DNA from: Octopus sinensis
Lineage: Eukaryota
Length of the DNA: 64,000 nt
Direction of reading: 5' to 3'
Assembly: GCF_006345805.1 (NCBI RefSeq)
Contig: NC_043024.1
Span: forward strand, 11,284,001 to 11,348,000
Each line of letters opens with the position of its first letter. The stretch's first letter is position 1. Below the pieces are notes generated by a model, which was not told the DNA's origin, searched no databases, and was given only the letters and a program-made list of their open reading frames with translations. Below are positions 46,141-59,684 of the stretch, one piece after another. Both the position numbers and the translations under genes were made by a program.

Positions 46141-47509
46141 CCAATATATATGTATTGTAATATGTGTGTGTGTGTGTGTTATATTTGTAATAATTAAATC
46201 ATTTAAATTTTCCAAAAAACAAAAATCTATTGCTGTTTAATCATAATATTCTGTCATGGTTTTGCCAAATATTTCTCTTCGACTGAGATGATATTATGAG
46301 TAACCTGTTTCTGAGATTTGGTCAGTGAATTCTTTCCCAAAATTGTAATATCTTGCTTATAGATATTAAAATAAAATATATTAGATATATATAAGGATCC
46401 CTTCAAGGGGCCATATTATCGTTTTTTTTCAATAATCTGAGTATGCCATGAGGCTTCCAGACCTGAGTTCTACTCATATTTCAAGTTTCATCAAAATCGA
46501 TAAAGCAATGTAGGAGGAGTTAGATAACAACCCCACAAACACACCCAGAGACAGAACTTCCCATGGTCGTTGCCAGTGCCGCTGACTGGATTCCTTGCAG
46601 GTAGCATGTAAAAACACCTTTGAGCATGGTCATCGCCTGACTGGCCCTCGTGCCGGTGGCATGTAAAAGCACCCACTTTGCCAGATCAAATTGAGGCATG
46701 TGCAGCCTCTGGGTCACCAGTCCTCAGTCAAACTATCCAACCCATGTCAGCATCGAAAGTGGACGTTAAACAATGATGATGATGATGATGATGGTATACG
46801 TATATATATGAAAAGTAAAAACATTTAACCTATAAAAACACACACACACACATATGTATATGTATTTATAGGGAAAATGTTTTTATTTTTCCTTCTCTTT
46901 CAGAATGACAACCATTAGTGGTTTATAGTTTAACTACTCTTTCTAGCGAGTCAGATGGCCTGTTATGGCCATCTCTTATGTGTTTAAATGTACACTGTAT
47001 ATATATATATATATATATATACATGCGTGTGAGTGTATTTATACATACATACATACATATATATGTATTTATATATATGTATCTATACATGCGTGTGTAT
47101 GTATTTATACATACATACATATATATATATGCATACATACACACATAAATAATCATCACTGTGAACATCATCATCATCATCATCATCACAACCATTAACC
47201 AATAAACTATGTAAACATAAAAAGCCCCTCCCATATAATCACCACCAGCACCACCACCACCACCAGCCTACACTAATATAATTATACTAGCAAGCAGAGT
47301 CACTAAGAGCCACTCTTCTGTTATTGGTATCAAAGGAATGAGGTGTTTATAATCAACCTGTCTATCGGGGGGGGGAAGCTCATCAACCCCCCAAACCATT
47401 CCCTGCCACCCCTCCACCCAATCAAAAAAACCTGCTTCAATTAACGACATAACAAAAAGGTGTTAAAGACATGCGGCGATATGTAAATTAATACTGTACA
47501 TGCGTCTGT

Positions 47510-47541
<32 letters not shown>

Positions 47542-47653
47542 GCATACCTGTACATATATATATATATATATACACACACACGCATATGTAGATGTGTGCA
47601 TATATATACATATAAACACACACATACATATCAGCATGATGTATATATATATG

Positions 47654-47686
<33 letters not shown>

Positions 47687-47821
47687 TGAGTGAGAGAGAC
47701 ACACACATGTAGATACATACATACATACATATATATATAATATATATATACATATAACATATATATGATATATATATACATACATATACATACACACCAC
47801 ACACACACATATTCATATATA

Positions 47822-47879
<58 letters not shown>

Positions 47880-48025
47880 TACATATATATATATGAATAT
47901 ATATATATATAATGCATGAATATAATACATGTGTGTGTGTGTTTGTGTATACCCATTCGTTCCAGTTGCCTGAAATTACCAAATATTACTTGGCATAATG
48001 TAGATAGATAGAAAGATAGATAGAA

Positions 48026-48116
<91 letters not shown>

Positions 48117-48489
48117 GAGAAAGATAAACAAACAGATTTCAAAGCAACGGTGTGACAGCCAGAGAATCTGCCAGTCTTACATCATTTACCGGTAAAGAAA
48201 TACCCCAGGGTAGGCATAAAACACACACACACAGAGTTTAGTGTACTGTATGTCATTTAGCAGTAAAAAAGTACCCACCCCGGGGTGGAAATCAAATATA
48301 CACCTGTCTATACAAACACTCACATATACGCATAGGTACATACACGCACGGGTACATACACATGCCGTTTACTGAGTATGTTTAGTTGTCAAAATGTACC
48401 CCTGGGTGGGGGTATGATATATATCTGTATATATGCAGACATACACTATGGCATATGCATACAGATACACGAAGACACACATACACATG

Positions 48490-49045
48490 TATGAAGAGTG
48501 ACACACACTCACACACATGCATGCAGGCTGGCACTCTGTTATGCACACACACACACACACACACAGACACAGACACACCCTATCATGGATACACATACAC
48601 ATGGACGCAGGCACACCCTATCACACACAGGTGTGCATACACACACACAAACATACACACACAGAGAACACCCTGTCATGGATACACCCCCCCTATCATG
48701 AACACACACACACACACAGACACACCCTATCATGGACACACACACATACACATGGATGCAGGTACACTCTATCACACACGGGTGTGCATACACCCCACAT
48801 GCAGACAGACACACCCTATCACACACATGCAAGCACACCCTATCACACACAGGTGTGCATACACACACAGACACACACACACCCTATCATGAACACACAC
48901 ATATACACATACATGCTAGCACACCGTCATACTCAGGTGTGCATACATACACTCACACACAGACACACCCTATCACGCATATGCAGGCACACCCTATCAC
49001 ACAGAGGTATGCATACACATTTGCACACACACACACACACACACA
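48490..49045. repeat. CACCCTATCA-containing minisatellite
   Basis: About 10 irregular recurrences of acaccctatca(c/t) and caggtgtgcatac. Confidence 0.8.
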
Positions 49046-50705
49046 CACTCTTTCCAGAAGTTTCATAATGCCTTTGTAGTGGTAGAGATGGTGGTGGTGG
49101 TGGTGGTGGCAGTACTGTTGATGGTGATGCTGGTTGTGTTCCTGATGATCATACCACACAGGTGTGGGTGCGTGCTAAGAAGTTTGCTTTTCAACCGCTT
49201 GGTTTCAAGTTCAGTCCCACTGCGTGGCACCTTGGGCAAGTCTCTTCTACTATAGCCTTGGGCAGACCAATGCCTTGTGAGGAAATTTGGTAAACTGAGA
49301 TTATTTAGAAGCCCATCATGTGTGTGTGTGTTTGTCCTCCACCAAATCTTGACAACTGGTGTTGGTGTGTTTACATCCCTGTAACTTAGCAGTTTGGCAA
49401 AAGAGATCGATAGAATAAGTAACAGGCTTAACAACAGTCTCTGGGGTTGATTTCTTCAACTAAAACCCTTCAAGGTGGCGCCCCAGCATGGAGCATGTTT
49501 CCTATTATAGCCCCGAGCTATAATAGAAGCCTCCCTATTGTGGTGTGGTAGAGTGTCTGTTATTACCCCTTGTTTACCTGCTGCCATCTGGTGTGACACT
49601 CTTTGCCGAGGGTGGTGTCACATAGCGGCTTAACAGGTCTGAGGCACATCATTACCTACTTACACTGAAACATGACAACAACAGCAAAGCTGACCTAAGG
49701 AATCCTCTACATGGTTACTCAAACTGTGAGAAATAGCAGCCAACTCCCTTTCAAACCACATCTCACCTTTTAGCATTCAGATTACCTTGTCAAATGTAAT
49801 CCTTATTTATTCATATTGTTTTGAATTAATCCTGTATTATCTCATAGGTTTGAGATTTCAATGATGGGATTGTTTATTGTTAGGATGATATGGCAGGGTA
49901 GGTGTGAGAGGCTGAATCTGGCTGGTTTGAACTTAAAACCAACTAAATATTTTGGCTGGATCGTTGCCAGAGCAACAAGCTGGCCTTCGTGCCGATGGCA
50001 CGTAAAAAATAGCATTCGAGTGTGATCATTACCTGCGTCGCCTTCCTGGCACTTGTGCTGGTGGTATGTGAACCATTCGAGTGAGGTCGTTGTCAGTGCT
50101 GCTGGACTGGCTCCTGTGCAGGTGTCATGTAGAAAGCACCATTTGAGCGTGACCGTTGCCAGTACAGCCTGTCTGGTCCTTGTGCTGTTGGCACATAAAA
50201 GCACCCAGTAAACTCTCGGAGTGGTTGGCGTTAGGAAGGGCATCCAGCTGTAGAAACACTGCCAGATCAGACTAGAGCCTGATGCAGCCATCTGGCTTCC
50301 AAGACCCTGGTTGAATCGTCCAACCCATGCTAGCATGGAAAGCGGACATTAAACAATGACGATGATGATGATGATGATGGCCAGTTTAAATGCTAAAATA
50401 TTAATTAATTTGTTATCATATTTTTAATGAAATACACTGTTTATGGGTTTCAATTAATTTAGTTTTAATTAATAAAAAATTTTAAACAATGAAAACTTAA
50501 CTTGACCCTTTAGCATTTAATCCAGTCATATCCGGCCCAAATATTCTATCTGTCTTATGTTTAAACTGGCCATATCCAGCCCCTCACACCTATCCTACAA
50601 TGTCATTCTAAAACTATATGATCACATCATTGAAATCTCAAAGCTATGAGATAATGGGATTAATTCCTAACAATATCAATAAACATTACATTTGATAGAG
50701 TAATC

Positions 50706-51683
50706 TTATTTCTTTACTGCCCACAAGGGGCTGAACACAGAGGGGACAAACAAGGACAGAAAAAGGGATTAAGTCGATTACATCAACTCCAGTGTGTAAC
50801 TGGTACTTAATTTATTGACCCTGAAATACTATTTCTTTACTACCCCACAAGAGGGCTAAACACACAGAGGACAAACAAGGACAGAAAAAGGATTAAGTCG
50901 ATTACATCAACTCCAGTGTGTAACTGGTACTTAATTTATTGACCCTGAAATACCTATTTCTTTACTACCACAGGGGCTAAACACAGAGGGGACAAACAAG
51001 GACAGAAAAAGGGATTAAGTCGATGACATCAACTCCAGTGTGTAACTGGTACTAATTTATTGACCCTGAAATACCTATTTCTTTACTATCCCACAAGGGG
51101 CTGAACACAGAGGGGACAAACAAGGACAGAAAAAGGGATTAAGTCGATTACATCAACTCCAGTGTGTAACTGGTACTTTAATATTGACCCTGAAATACAT
51201 TCTTTTCTTTACTACCCACAAGGGGCTGAACACAGAGGGGACAAACAAGGACAGAAAAAGGGATTAAGTCGATTACATCAACTCCAGTGTGTAACTGGTA
51301 CTTAATTTATTGACCCTGAAATACCTATTTCTTTACTACCCACAAGGGGCTAAACACAGAGGGGACAAACAAGGACAGAAAAAGGGATTAAGTCGATTAC
51401 ATCAACTCCAGTGTGTAACTGGTACTTAATTTATTGACCCTGAAATACCTATTTCTTTACTACCCACAAGGGGCTAAACACAGAGGGGACAAACAAGGAC
51501 AGACAGACGGATTAAGTCGATTTTATCTACCCCCAGTGCATAACTGGTACTTAATTTATAGACCCGAAAAGGATGAAAGGCAAAGTTGACCTCAGCGGAA
51601 TTTGAACCCAGAACATAGCGGCAGACGAAATACAGCTAAGCATTTCACTTGGCGTGCTAACATTTCTGCCAGCTCGCCGCCTT
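50706..51683 (-). repeat. Tandem array (7 x ~123 bp) derived from the 3' part of SINE family 2
   Basis: The unit tatttctttactacccacaaggggctaaacacagagggg...ttattgaccctgaaatacc is repeated. The last unit continues into the SINE head at 51683. Confidence 0.9.
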
Positions 51684-51994
51684 AAACAAGTATTGAATTT
51701 GACAGAATAATCTGAATGCTAAGAGGTGAAACCAGCCAGGTTAGGCTGAAATATTCTACGTGTTTTATGCTTAAACAGGCCAGGTCTGGCCTCTCACACC
51801 TATCCTACAATGTCATTCTAAAAATAACCAATTGCTCCATCGAAATCTCTAAGTCACAAGATAAAGCAGGATTAATTGAAAACAAAGCGAATAAATAAGG
51901 ATTACATTTGACTGAGTTATCCAAACGCTGAGGTGTTTGGAGTCTAATTCAACAGAATGTTCTTGAAATTATGATGGAAGGTTTTATAAGAATA

Positions 51995-53200
51995 ATGATG
52001 ATGAAATTATTGTATACAGTGCTCAGGTGCACCATAACTTGTCAAAAGTGCATATAAAGCGTATGCAGTAATGTACAAATGTTTGGGAAGTGAACAGTGT
52101 ATGAGTCAGATACATACTTGTGTGAGTATGGATGGGAGAAAATCAGGTGTAGTGTTGGCGAATCTCAGGAAGCATGGAAGTTTTGAAGGATGCAGTGCTC
52201 CGACAACTAACAACTGATGCCAGCAGTTTGTTCCATGCTTCAGCGTGTGTATGGAGGGGAGAAGATCAGGTGTAGTGTTGGCGAATCTCAGAAAGCATGG
52301 AAGTTTTGAAGGATGCAGTGCTCCGACAACTAACAACTGATGCCGGCAGTTTGTTCCATGCTTCAGCATGTGTATGGAGGGGAGAAAATCAGGTGTAGTG
52401 TTGGCGAATCTCAGAAAGCATGGAAGTTTTGAAGGATGCAGTGCTCCAACAACTAACAACTGATGCCGGCAGTTTGTTCCATGCTTCAGCGTGTGTATGG
52501 AGGGGAGAAACAAGATCAGGTGTAGTGTTGGCAAATCTCAGAAAGCATGGAAGTTTTGAAGGATGCAGTGCTCCGACAACTAACAACTGATGCCGGCAGT
52601 TTGTTCCATGCTTCAGCGTGTGTATGGAGGGAAAAATCAGGTGTGTGTTGGCGAATCTCAGAAAGCATGGAAGTTTTGAAGGATTGCAGTGCTCCGACAA
52701 CTAACAACTGATGCCGGCAGTTTGTTCCATGCTTCAGCATGTGTATGGAGGAAAAATCAGGTGATGTTGGCGAATCTCAGAAAGCATGGAAGTTTTGAGG
52801 ATGCAGTGCTCCGACAACTACAACACATGCCGGCAGTTTGTTCCATGCTTCAGCGTGTGTATGGAGGGGAGAAAGATCAGGTGTAGTGTTGGTGAATCTC
52901 AGGAAGCATGGAAGTTTTGAAAGATGCAGTGCTCCGACAACAACACGACTGAGCCAGCAGTTTGTTCCATGCTTCAGCAACACTTAGCGTAAAAAAATGT
53001 TTCCGAAAGTCATGGGAGCTGTGCTGTGTTTCTGACTTTGTAACATGTCCACGGGTGTTAGACGGGTGGAGTTTGAAGAGGTGCTCAGAGTTATTGTTTG
53101 TACGATGGTTGATAATTTTATGGGTGTCTGCCAAGTCAGCTGCCAGACGTCGGAATTTCAATGTATCCATGCCCAGGGAAGTAAGGTGTTCAGAATATGG
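51995..53200 (-). mobile_element. CR1-like LINE 3' fragment whose terminal ~123 bp is tandemly repeated 7 times
   Basis: PYSEHLTSLGMDTLKFRRLAADL...TRGH...FRKHFFTL.VAEAWNKLPASVV..FK. Unit starts are near 52129, 52253, 52376, 52499, 52626, 52746 and 52863. Confidence 0.85.
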
Positions 53201-53423
53201 CAAATGCCATATATGATTACTCCACGGTAACTAGTTTTGAATCAGAGACAGGGGTAGTCTCACTCAGCTGGATTGGTATCGAGGGAGAGCAACACACTGG
53301 AAGATGTACTTTTAGATATACTATGCCTAAGAAAAAAAGTGGTGATTGTCGTGCATGTAAAGTCTTTGGATGCTGATCAGAGGATGAAGAATGGCAGTAA
53401 AAGTGGAATGGTTTGGTTCTTAC

Positions 53424-53589
53424 CTTCGCTTCCATCAAAGTCTTTGTGTCCTCCAGGTGAGGGTAGCAGAAACAGAGCAGGGCAGGTGTTGTTTGTGGAA
53501 GTGAAGACGTCTCGGATGTTGTAGTTTTCTTTCGTCGGAATCACGTTGCCAAGTTGACTGATTACTAAGGTATAGCAGACCTCACTGAG
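53424..53589 (-). CDS. DNHD1: Dynein heavy chain-like exon (start of AAA6)
   Basis: gacAG|CTCAGT...GCGAAG|GTaaga, 166 nt, phase 0/1. LSEVCYTLVISQLGNVIPTKENYNIRDVFTSTNNTCPALFLLPSPGGHKDFDGSE contains the 'P.lf.L.spG' motif. Confidence 0.85.
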
Positions 53590-53622
53590 CTGTCAGAAAA
53601 GAAAAAACATACATATATACAT

Positions 53623-53657
<35 letters not shown>

Positions 53658-53660
53658 CAC

Positions 53661-53709
<49 letters not shown>

Positions 53710-53774
53710 GATATATATATATATACGAGCAAACCACCCCCCATCCATTGGACGGTGCTGAGTTGTCAAACATT

Positions 53775-54340
53775 TAACCCTTTCGTTACCAACCTGGCGA
53801 AACAGTCTCTGGTTCTGTAGTACAAATGTCTTGTTTTCATAAGTTTTGCATTAAAATCTTCCACCAAACCTTAGTCACAATTTGTGTTCCTAACACTAGC
53901 TGAATGATAACTAAGTTATTTTACTAAATTCTTTGTTATATTTAAAGTAATTGAAAGAAACACAGCATCTCAACAGAAATATGGTAACAAAGGGGTTAAA
54001 ATATATAATAGAGAAACAATTCTTAACCCTTTTGATACCAACCCGACTGAAACCGCCTCTGGCTCTGTAATACAAATGTCTTGTTTTCAAAAGTTTTGAT
54101 TAAAATCTTCCACCAAACCTTGTTCACAATTTATGTTCTTAACACTAGCTTAAGGATAACTAAGTTATTTTACTAAATTCTTTGTTATATTTAAAATTAA
54201 TTGAAAGAAACACAGAGCATCTCAACAGAAATATGGTAACAAAGGGGTTAAAATATATAATAGAGAAACAATTCTTAACCCGTTTGATACCAACCCAACT
54301 GAAACCACTTCTGGTTCTGTAGTACAAATGTCTTGTTTTC
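53775..54340. mobile_element. piggyBac-type MITE in tandem (about 2.3 copies, ~250-bp period)
   Basis: TTAA-CCCTTT(C/T)G(T/A)TACCA ... TGGTAACAAAGGGG-TTAA termini. Copies start at about 53775, 54023 and 54274. Confidence 0.8.
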
Positions 54341-54483
54341 ACAAGGAAGGGCATCCAGCTGTAGAAACTCTGCCAGATCAGATTGGAGTTTGGTTCACCA
54401 GACCTCAGTCAAATCGTCCAACCCATGCTTGCATGGAAAGCGGACATTAAATGATGATGATGATGGCACAAGAATGGATTATT

Positions 54484-54899
54484 CTCTTTACTCTTTTACT
54501 TGTTTCAGTCATTTGACTGTGGCCATGCTGGAGCACCACCTTTAGTCGAGCAAGTCGACCCCAGGACTTATTCTTTGTAAGCCTAGTACTTATTCTATTG
54601 ATCCCTTTTGCCGAACTGTTAAGTTACGGGGACGTAAACACACCAGCATCGGTTGTCAAGCGATGTTGGGGAGACAAACACAGACACACAAACATATACA
54701 CACACATGCATATATATATATATACACATATATATACGACGTGCTTCTTTCAGTTTCCATCTACCAAATCCACTCACAAGGCTTTGGTCAGCCCGAGGCT
54801 ATAGTAGAAGACACTTGCCTAAATTGCCATGCAGTGGGACTGAACCCGGAACCATGTGGTTGGTAGGCAAGCTACTTACCACACAGCCACTCCTACGCC
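54484..54899 (-). mobile_element. SINE family 1 (inverted)
   Basis: Reverse complement of the family 1 consensus. A further partial copy follows at about 54925-55055. Confidence 0.9.
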
Positions 54900-55106
54900 T
54901 ATATATATATATATATATGCATATATACGACGGGCTTCTTTCAGTTTCTGTCTACCCAATCCACTCACAAGGCTTTGGTTAGCCCAAGGCTATAATAGAA
55001 GACACTTGCCCAAGGTGCCACACAGTGGGACTGAACCTGGTTAACCATGTGGTTGGTTGTATTCCTGAACCAAAAGTGAGAGAATGGAATGATATGCTTT
55101 ACTTAC

Positions 55107-55205
55107 TCTCTCCGGACAACAGAACTTCCAGAGAATCGCTCTTTGGAACACAGTTAAGTCTTTAAGATTTTCTTCGGGAACTTGATTCACAAGAGCACTG
55201 GGATT
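55107..55205 (-). CDS. DNHD1: Dynein heavy chain-like exon
   Basis: cgcAG|AATCCC...GAGAGA|GTaagt, 99 nt, phase 0/0. NPSALVNQVPEENLKDLTVFQRAILWKFCCPER matches the dynein 'L..FQ..lL....rPdR' motif. Confidence 0.85.
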
Positions 55206-55696
55206 CTGCGAAGAGAAAGAAGAACAGGGATGAGGTTTTTTTGGGGGGAAGGATGGGAGGATGGAGTAAGGAATGGGTTTTTTTTTGAATTTTTTTTTCC
55301 TTTTCTGTTTTCATTTTTCTTTATTTTATCTTATTTTCTCTCTTTTTTGAGCGAAAGTAGAAAAACTAATAATCTGAAAAGGAAACACACACACACGTGT
55401 GTATACATACGATGTACACACACACACACACACACAAATACACACTGGCACATGCACACACAGATATACACACAATATACTTTCCCAGACTGGCAAATAC
55501 TACTCACTTTCACACAACTAAAAAACACACACACACACACACACATAAACACACAAACACACACATATAAACACACACACATAATCACATAAACACACAC
55601 ACACAAACACAAACAAACACACACACATAAACACAAACACACACACAAAAATACACACACATAAACACACACACATAAACACACACACACAAACAC

Positions 55697-55729
<33 letters not shown>

Positions 55730-55865
55730 AACACACACACACACACAAACACATAAACACACACACACACATACACACACACACAGAGAAACACACACAC
55801 ACCCGCCATATGATTTACATTAATTCCGCTAGTCATATTCACTGCACTAAACTGTTTGCAGGTGC

Positions 55866-55923
<58 letters not shown>

Positions 55924-56355
55924 TACATAGATGTATGGACGTACATACACAGACATATGCATTCACCCCTTGCAATTCTCTGTGCCCTTAACATTTACCT
56001 CCCTGTCCCTTAAGGGTGTCCTCTGACACATCTTCCTCTCCAATCTCTCGCTTATTCCAACTGGGGTACCCAAGTATCTCCTCTACAGCAAGACACCCGT
56101 TTCTGTCCCTCTGTACTCTAAGCCCATGCATGAGCAACCCACGGCCCTCAACATGTTGTGCGGCCCTCAATGAGTTTCTGGGTTACTCATTTGCAGCTTA
56201 ACCTAAGAGTAACAACATCTCAAATTCTACCCAATATTGAAAATATGGAAAAGAATGTGAACGTGCAAAAATCTCGTTAATACAAGATAATGAAATTTGT
56301 TCTTTAATAAAATATCAGTGAATTTTCTTCTTTTTTTGACTTCAATATTTTAAAT

Positions 56356-56392
<37 letters not shown>

Positions 56393-56393
<1 letters not shown>

Positions 56394-56536
56394 TAGGCAC
56401 CACACACGTCCTATGTAAAACACTTTCAATACAGTAACCATCAGAGCACCACAACAAACCACAGCACATACCCAAGGCACACAGAACTGTGCTTGGTAGT
56501 GAAGTGAAAGCACGTTATAAAAATAAGACCACAGGA
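56393..56536 (+). mobile_element. R4/Dong-like family X 3' end
   Basis: Matches 29045-29188 (..ctttcaatacagtaaccatcagagc..gtagtgaagtgaaagcacgttataaaaataa). (TAA)n on both sides. Confidence 0.75.
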
Positions 56537-56559
56537 TAATAATAATAATAATAATAATG

Positions 56560-56593
<34 letters not shown>

Positions 56594-56596
<3 letters not shown>

Positions 56597-57110
56597 ACTT
56601 TGCAACAAGTATGGATTTGACAGAGCAAAAAATTGGTAGGACCACAAACCCAAAGGCATCATTGAAAATGATAATGCAAAGATCCTGTTGGATTTTATGA
56701 TTCAGTGCAACCATGAGATAGAGAATAGGGAGCCAGACATAGTGTTAATTGAGAAAGAAAGCAAGCTATGCTGGATCATAGATATAGCATGCCCAGCGGA
56801 CAACAAGGTATGCGATAAGGAAGAAAGAAAAGTCGATAGATATGACAAGTTAGCTTGGGGGGTTAAGCAGTTGTGGTCGCTGAAAAAGGTGGTAGTAGTA
56901 CCAATAATTGTCAGAGCCCTGGGAACAGCGAACAAAAATCTTGAGAAGTACGTGGTACAATTAGAGGCTGCAATAAGGGTGGAGCACTTGGAGAAAACAG
57001 CACTGCTTGGAACTGCTTGAATACTCCGGAAGGTGCTCGAAAAATAAGGGGTGTTACCTTGGTTCACTGGCACCATAGTACATCTCTAGCATTAGAAGCT
57101 GTGCAAAGGC
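56594..57110 (+). mobile_element. R4/Dong-like family Y 3' fragment (REL endonuclease)
   Basis: KILLDFMIQCNHEIENREPDIVLIEK...IIDIACP...KVDRYDKLA...PIIVRALG. (TAA)n on both sides. Confidence 0.8.
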
Positions 57111-57117
57111 AATAATG

Positions 57118-57154
<37 letters not shown>

Positions 57155-57498
57155 TAAAATTTATAAAAAAAATGTGAGAACTATTACTACCCATGTATTT
57201 TAATTTAACTTTATTTCTATCAAAAAAAAAAAAATGGCCTACTAATGTATACAATGAGTTTCTTTGCCCTAGGAGTCGGGAAGACACCCGGCAAGAAATG
57301 GAAGCAAATTTGAAAGAAGAAGAAAAACCCATAATGATAATAATAATAATAATAATAATAATAATCTTTTCTAGTAGAGGCACAAGGTTTGAAATTTGGC
57401 AGTGGGGGGTGGGGGGAGATAATTGATTACATTAACCCTAATATTTGACTGCTAGGTATTTCATTGACCCCACAAATAAATAATAATAATAATAATAA

Positions 57499-57715
57499 TA
57501 TTTCGGAATGGTCATATTGCCAGTTTAGCCAATAAAAACACACGCACTATATATTTGGTGTTATTTTGCTTCAGTGTTATTTATTTTTTTACATTAATCT
57601 TAATCTTATTTCGGCCAGAGTTCTTTCGTCACACTCCTGTGACCTCATCAGTGGTCCTTTGTTTTCTTCTTTCTTATTTTATTGGCTAAACTGGCAAAAT
57701 GACCATTCCGAAATA
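57499..57715 (-). mobile_element. Penelope-like terminus: 39-bp inverted repeat enclosing a minimal hammerhead ribozyme
   Basis: Inverted arms 57499-57537 and 57677-57715 (1 mismatch), with a hammerhead motif at 57657-57613. Confidence 0.65.
57613..57657 (-). ncRNA. Minimal type I hammerhead ribozyme motif
   Basis: GGACCA-CUGAUGA-G-GUCACA(GGAG)UGUGAC-GAAAG-AA-CUC-UGGCC: intact core, 6-bp stem II, 2-bp stem III, imperfect stem I. Confidence 0.6.
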
Positions 57716-57787
57716 TAACAATATCTGTTTCAACACACGACTTCACATAAAAAATCTTGCACAACAAATATTTAAACGTAATAATGA

Positions 57788-57819
<32 letters not shown>

Positions 57820-58199
57820 ATTGTGATAATGATAATTTCCTTCCTCCATAAAGCAATTTGCCAAGTTTCTGCTTTCTAATTCCAACATTGTAGAAATTCT
57901 TGTTTTTCGAAATATTTTTAACTTCAAGGTGGAGACGATGGTGTGGTTGGTGATGGTGGCAGTTGTTGTTGTTCTTGTTGTGGTGTGGTGTTTAGTAACT
58001 GAAGGTTTGGCAGCAGTATTTGTGGTTAAGGTTTCCAGGTATATCGTTTCACAACCTTGACCTTTGCACCTAACACCACCACCACCTCTAACATCACCGC
58101 CATCTCGATTGGTGTCACCACTACCATCATCGTGGCCATCACCGCTAACATCCTCTCCATCATGGTTCTCCATCCTCCACCACCTCTTTGATTGTTGTC

Positions 58200-59110
58200 A
58201 CCATGACCATCACTACCAGCACCTGGCAGTGATTCTTACCACCACCAGCACCACCACCACTACCCCCATAATCACCACCACCACCACCACCACCACCACC
58301 ACCACCACCACCACCACCACTATCACCACCACCACAAACATCACCACCACTACCACCACCACCACTACCACCACCATTATCGCTACCACCACCACCACCA
58401 CCACCACCACCACCACCACTATCACCACCACCACAAACATCACCACCACTACCACCACCACCACTACCACCACCATTATCGCCACTACCACCACCATCAC
58501 CACCACACCATCATCATTACCACTACCACCACCACCACCACCACCACTACAACCACTATCACCACCACCACCACCACCACAAACATCACCACCACTACCA
58601 CCACCATCACCACCATCATCATCATTGTCACCACCACCATTATCATCATCATCATCACCATCATCATCGTTGCCACTACTGCCAGCACCACCACCATTTC
58701 CCCACCACTACCACACACACACCAACACAACTTGTGTCTATTCCAGTTGGACAAAAGCCAGTTGAATATTTTTATTTTAATAACCAAAACAGCTCCAAAT
58801 GGAAATGATGACGATGACGACGATGACGAAGTGATGGGTGGGTGGTGATGACGATGATAGCGATGGTGATGATGATGGCGATAGCGATTGTGATGGTGAT
58901 GGTGGTGGTCGTGGCAATGACAATCGATGATGATGATGATGATGGTAATGATGATGATGGTGATGATGATGATGATGATGATGATAGCGATGATGATGAT
59001 GGTGATGATGGTAATGATGATGATGATGATGGTGATAGCAATTGTGATGGTGATGGTGGTGGTCGTGGCAAAGACAATCAATGGTCATGATGATGATGAT
59101 GATGATGATG
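58200..59110. repeat. (CAC/CAT)n tract followed by a complementary (GAT/GGT)n tract
   Basis: 58200-58710 is CAC/CAT-rich and 58800-59110 is GAT/GGT-rich. Confidence 0.9.
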
Positions 59111-59652
59111 ACGGGGGGGGGAATAAAAACAAAAGGAATGTGAACAATGAGAACAGCAACAAGAAGAAGAAATCCACAATTTGGCAGAAGACCAAACATC
59201 CCATAAAAGGGAGAGGGAGAGAGATGGGGGGATAGGCTGGGTATACTGTGTTGGTCACACAGGATATTACTGGTACCAAGTTTGTTGACCAAAGCCAATC
59301 AACCTGGGTGGATATGAATTGAGAATGTGAACCTGGAAGAAATACCTCAAAGCATTTTGTCTGACTTGCTAATGATGCAGCCAGCCAGCCACCTTAATAA
59401 AAATAATAATAATAATAATAAGTGCAAAAAATCGTATTAACTGGAACGACTCATGTACTGAGAAGAGCACTATCGCTGTGAAAACAACATCCATCCATGA
59501 ATTTATTTAGTTATTAATTTTTAAATACATATTTTATCTGTGAATTTGCGTGTGTAATCTGGGAATGCATACAATGAGCTTCTCTGCCCCTAGGTGTATG
59601 GAAAACACTCGGCGAGAAACGGAAGAAAATTTGAAGAAAGAAGGAAAAGATA

Positions 59653-59684
<32 letters not shown>

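Noticed and set aside
50706-52980. CRISPR-like regular periodicity
   Set aside because: Whole units repeat with no unique spacers. The units derive from a SINE and a LINE in a eukaryotic genome.
55999-56202. AG...GT-bounded segment in the dynein intron
   Set aside because: There is a stop in the required phase-0 frame, and it contains hAT-like gagggccgca/cccatgcatg fragments.
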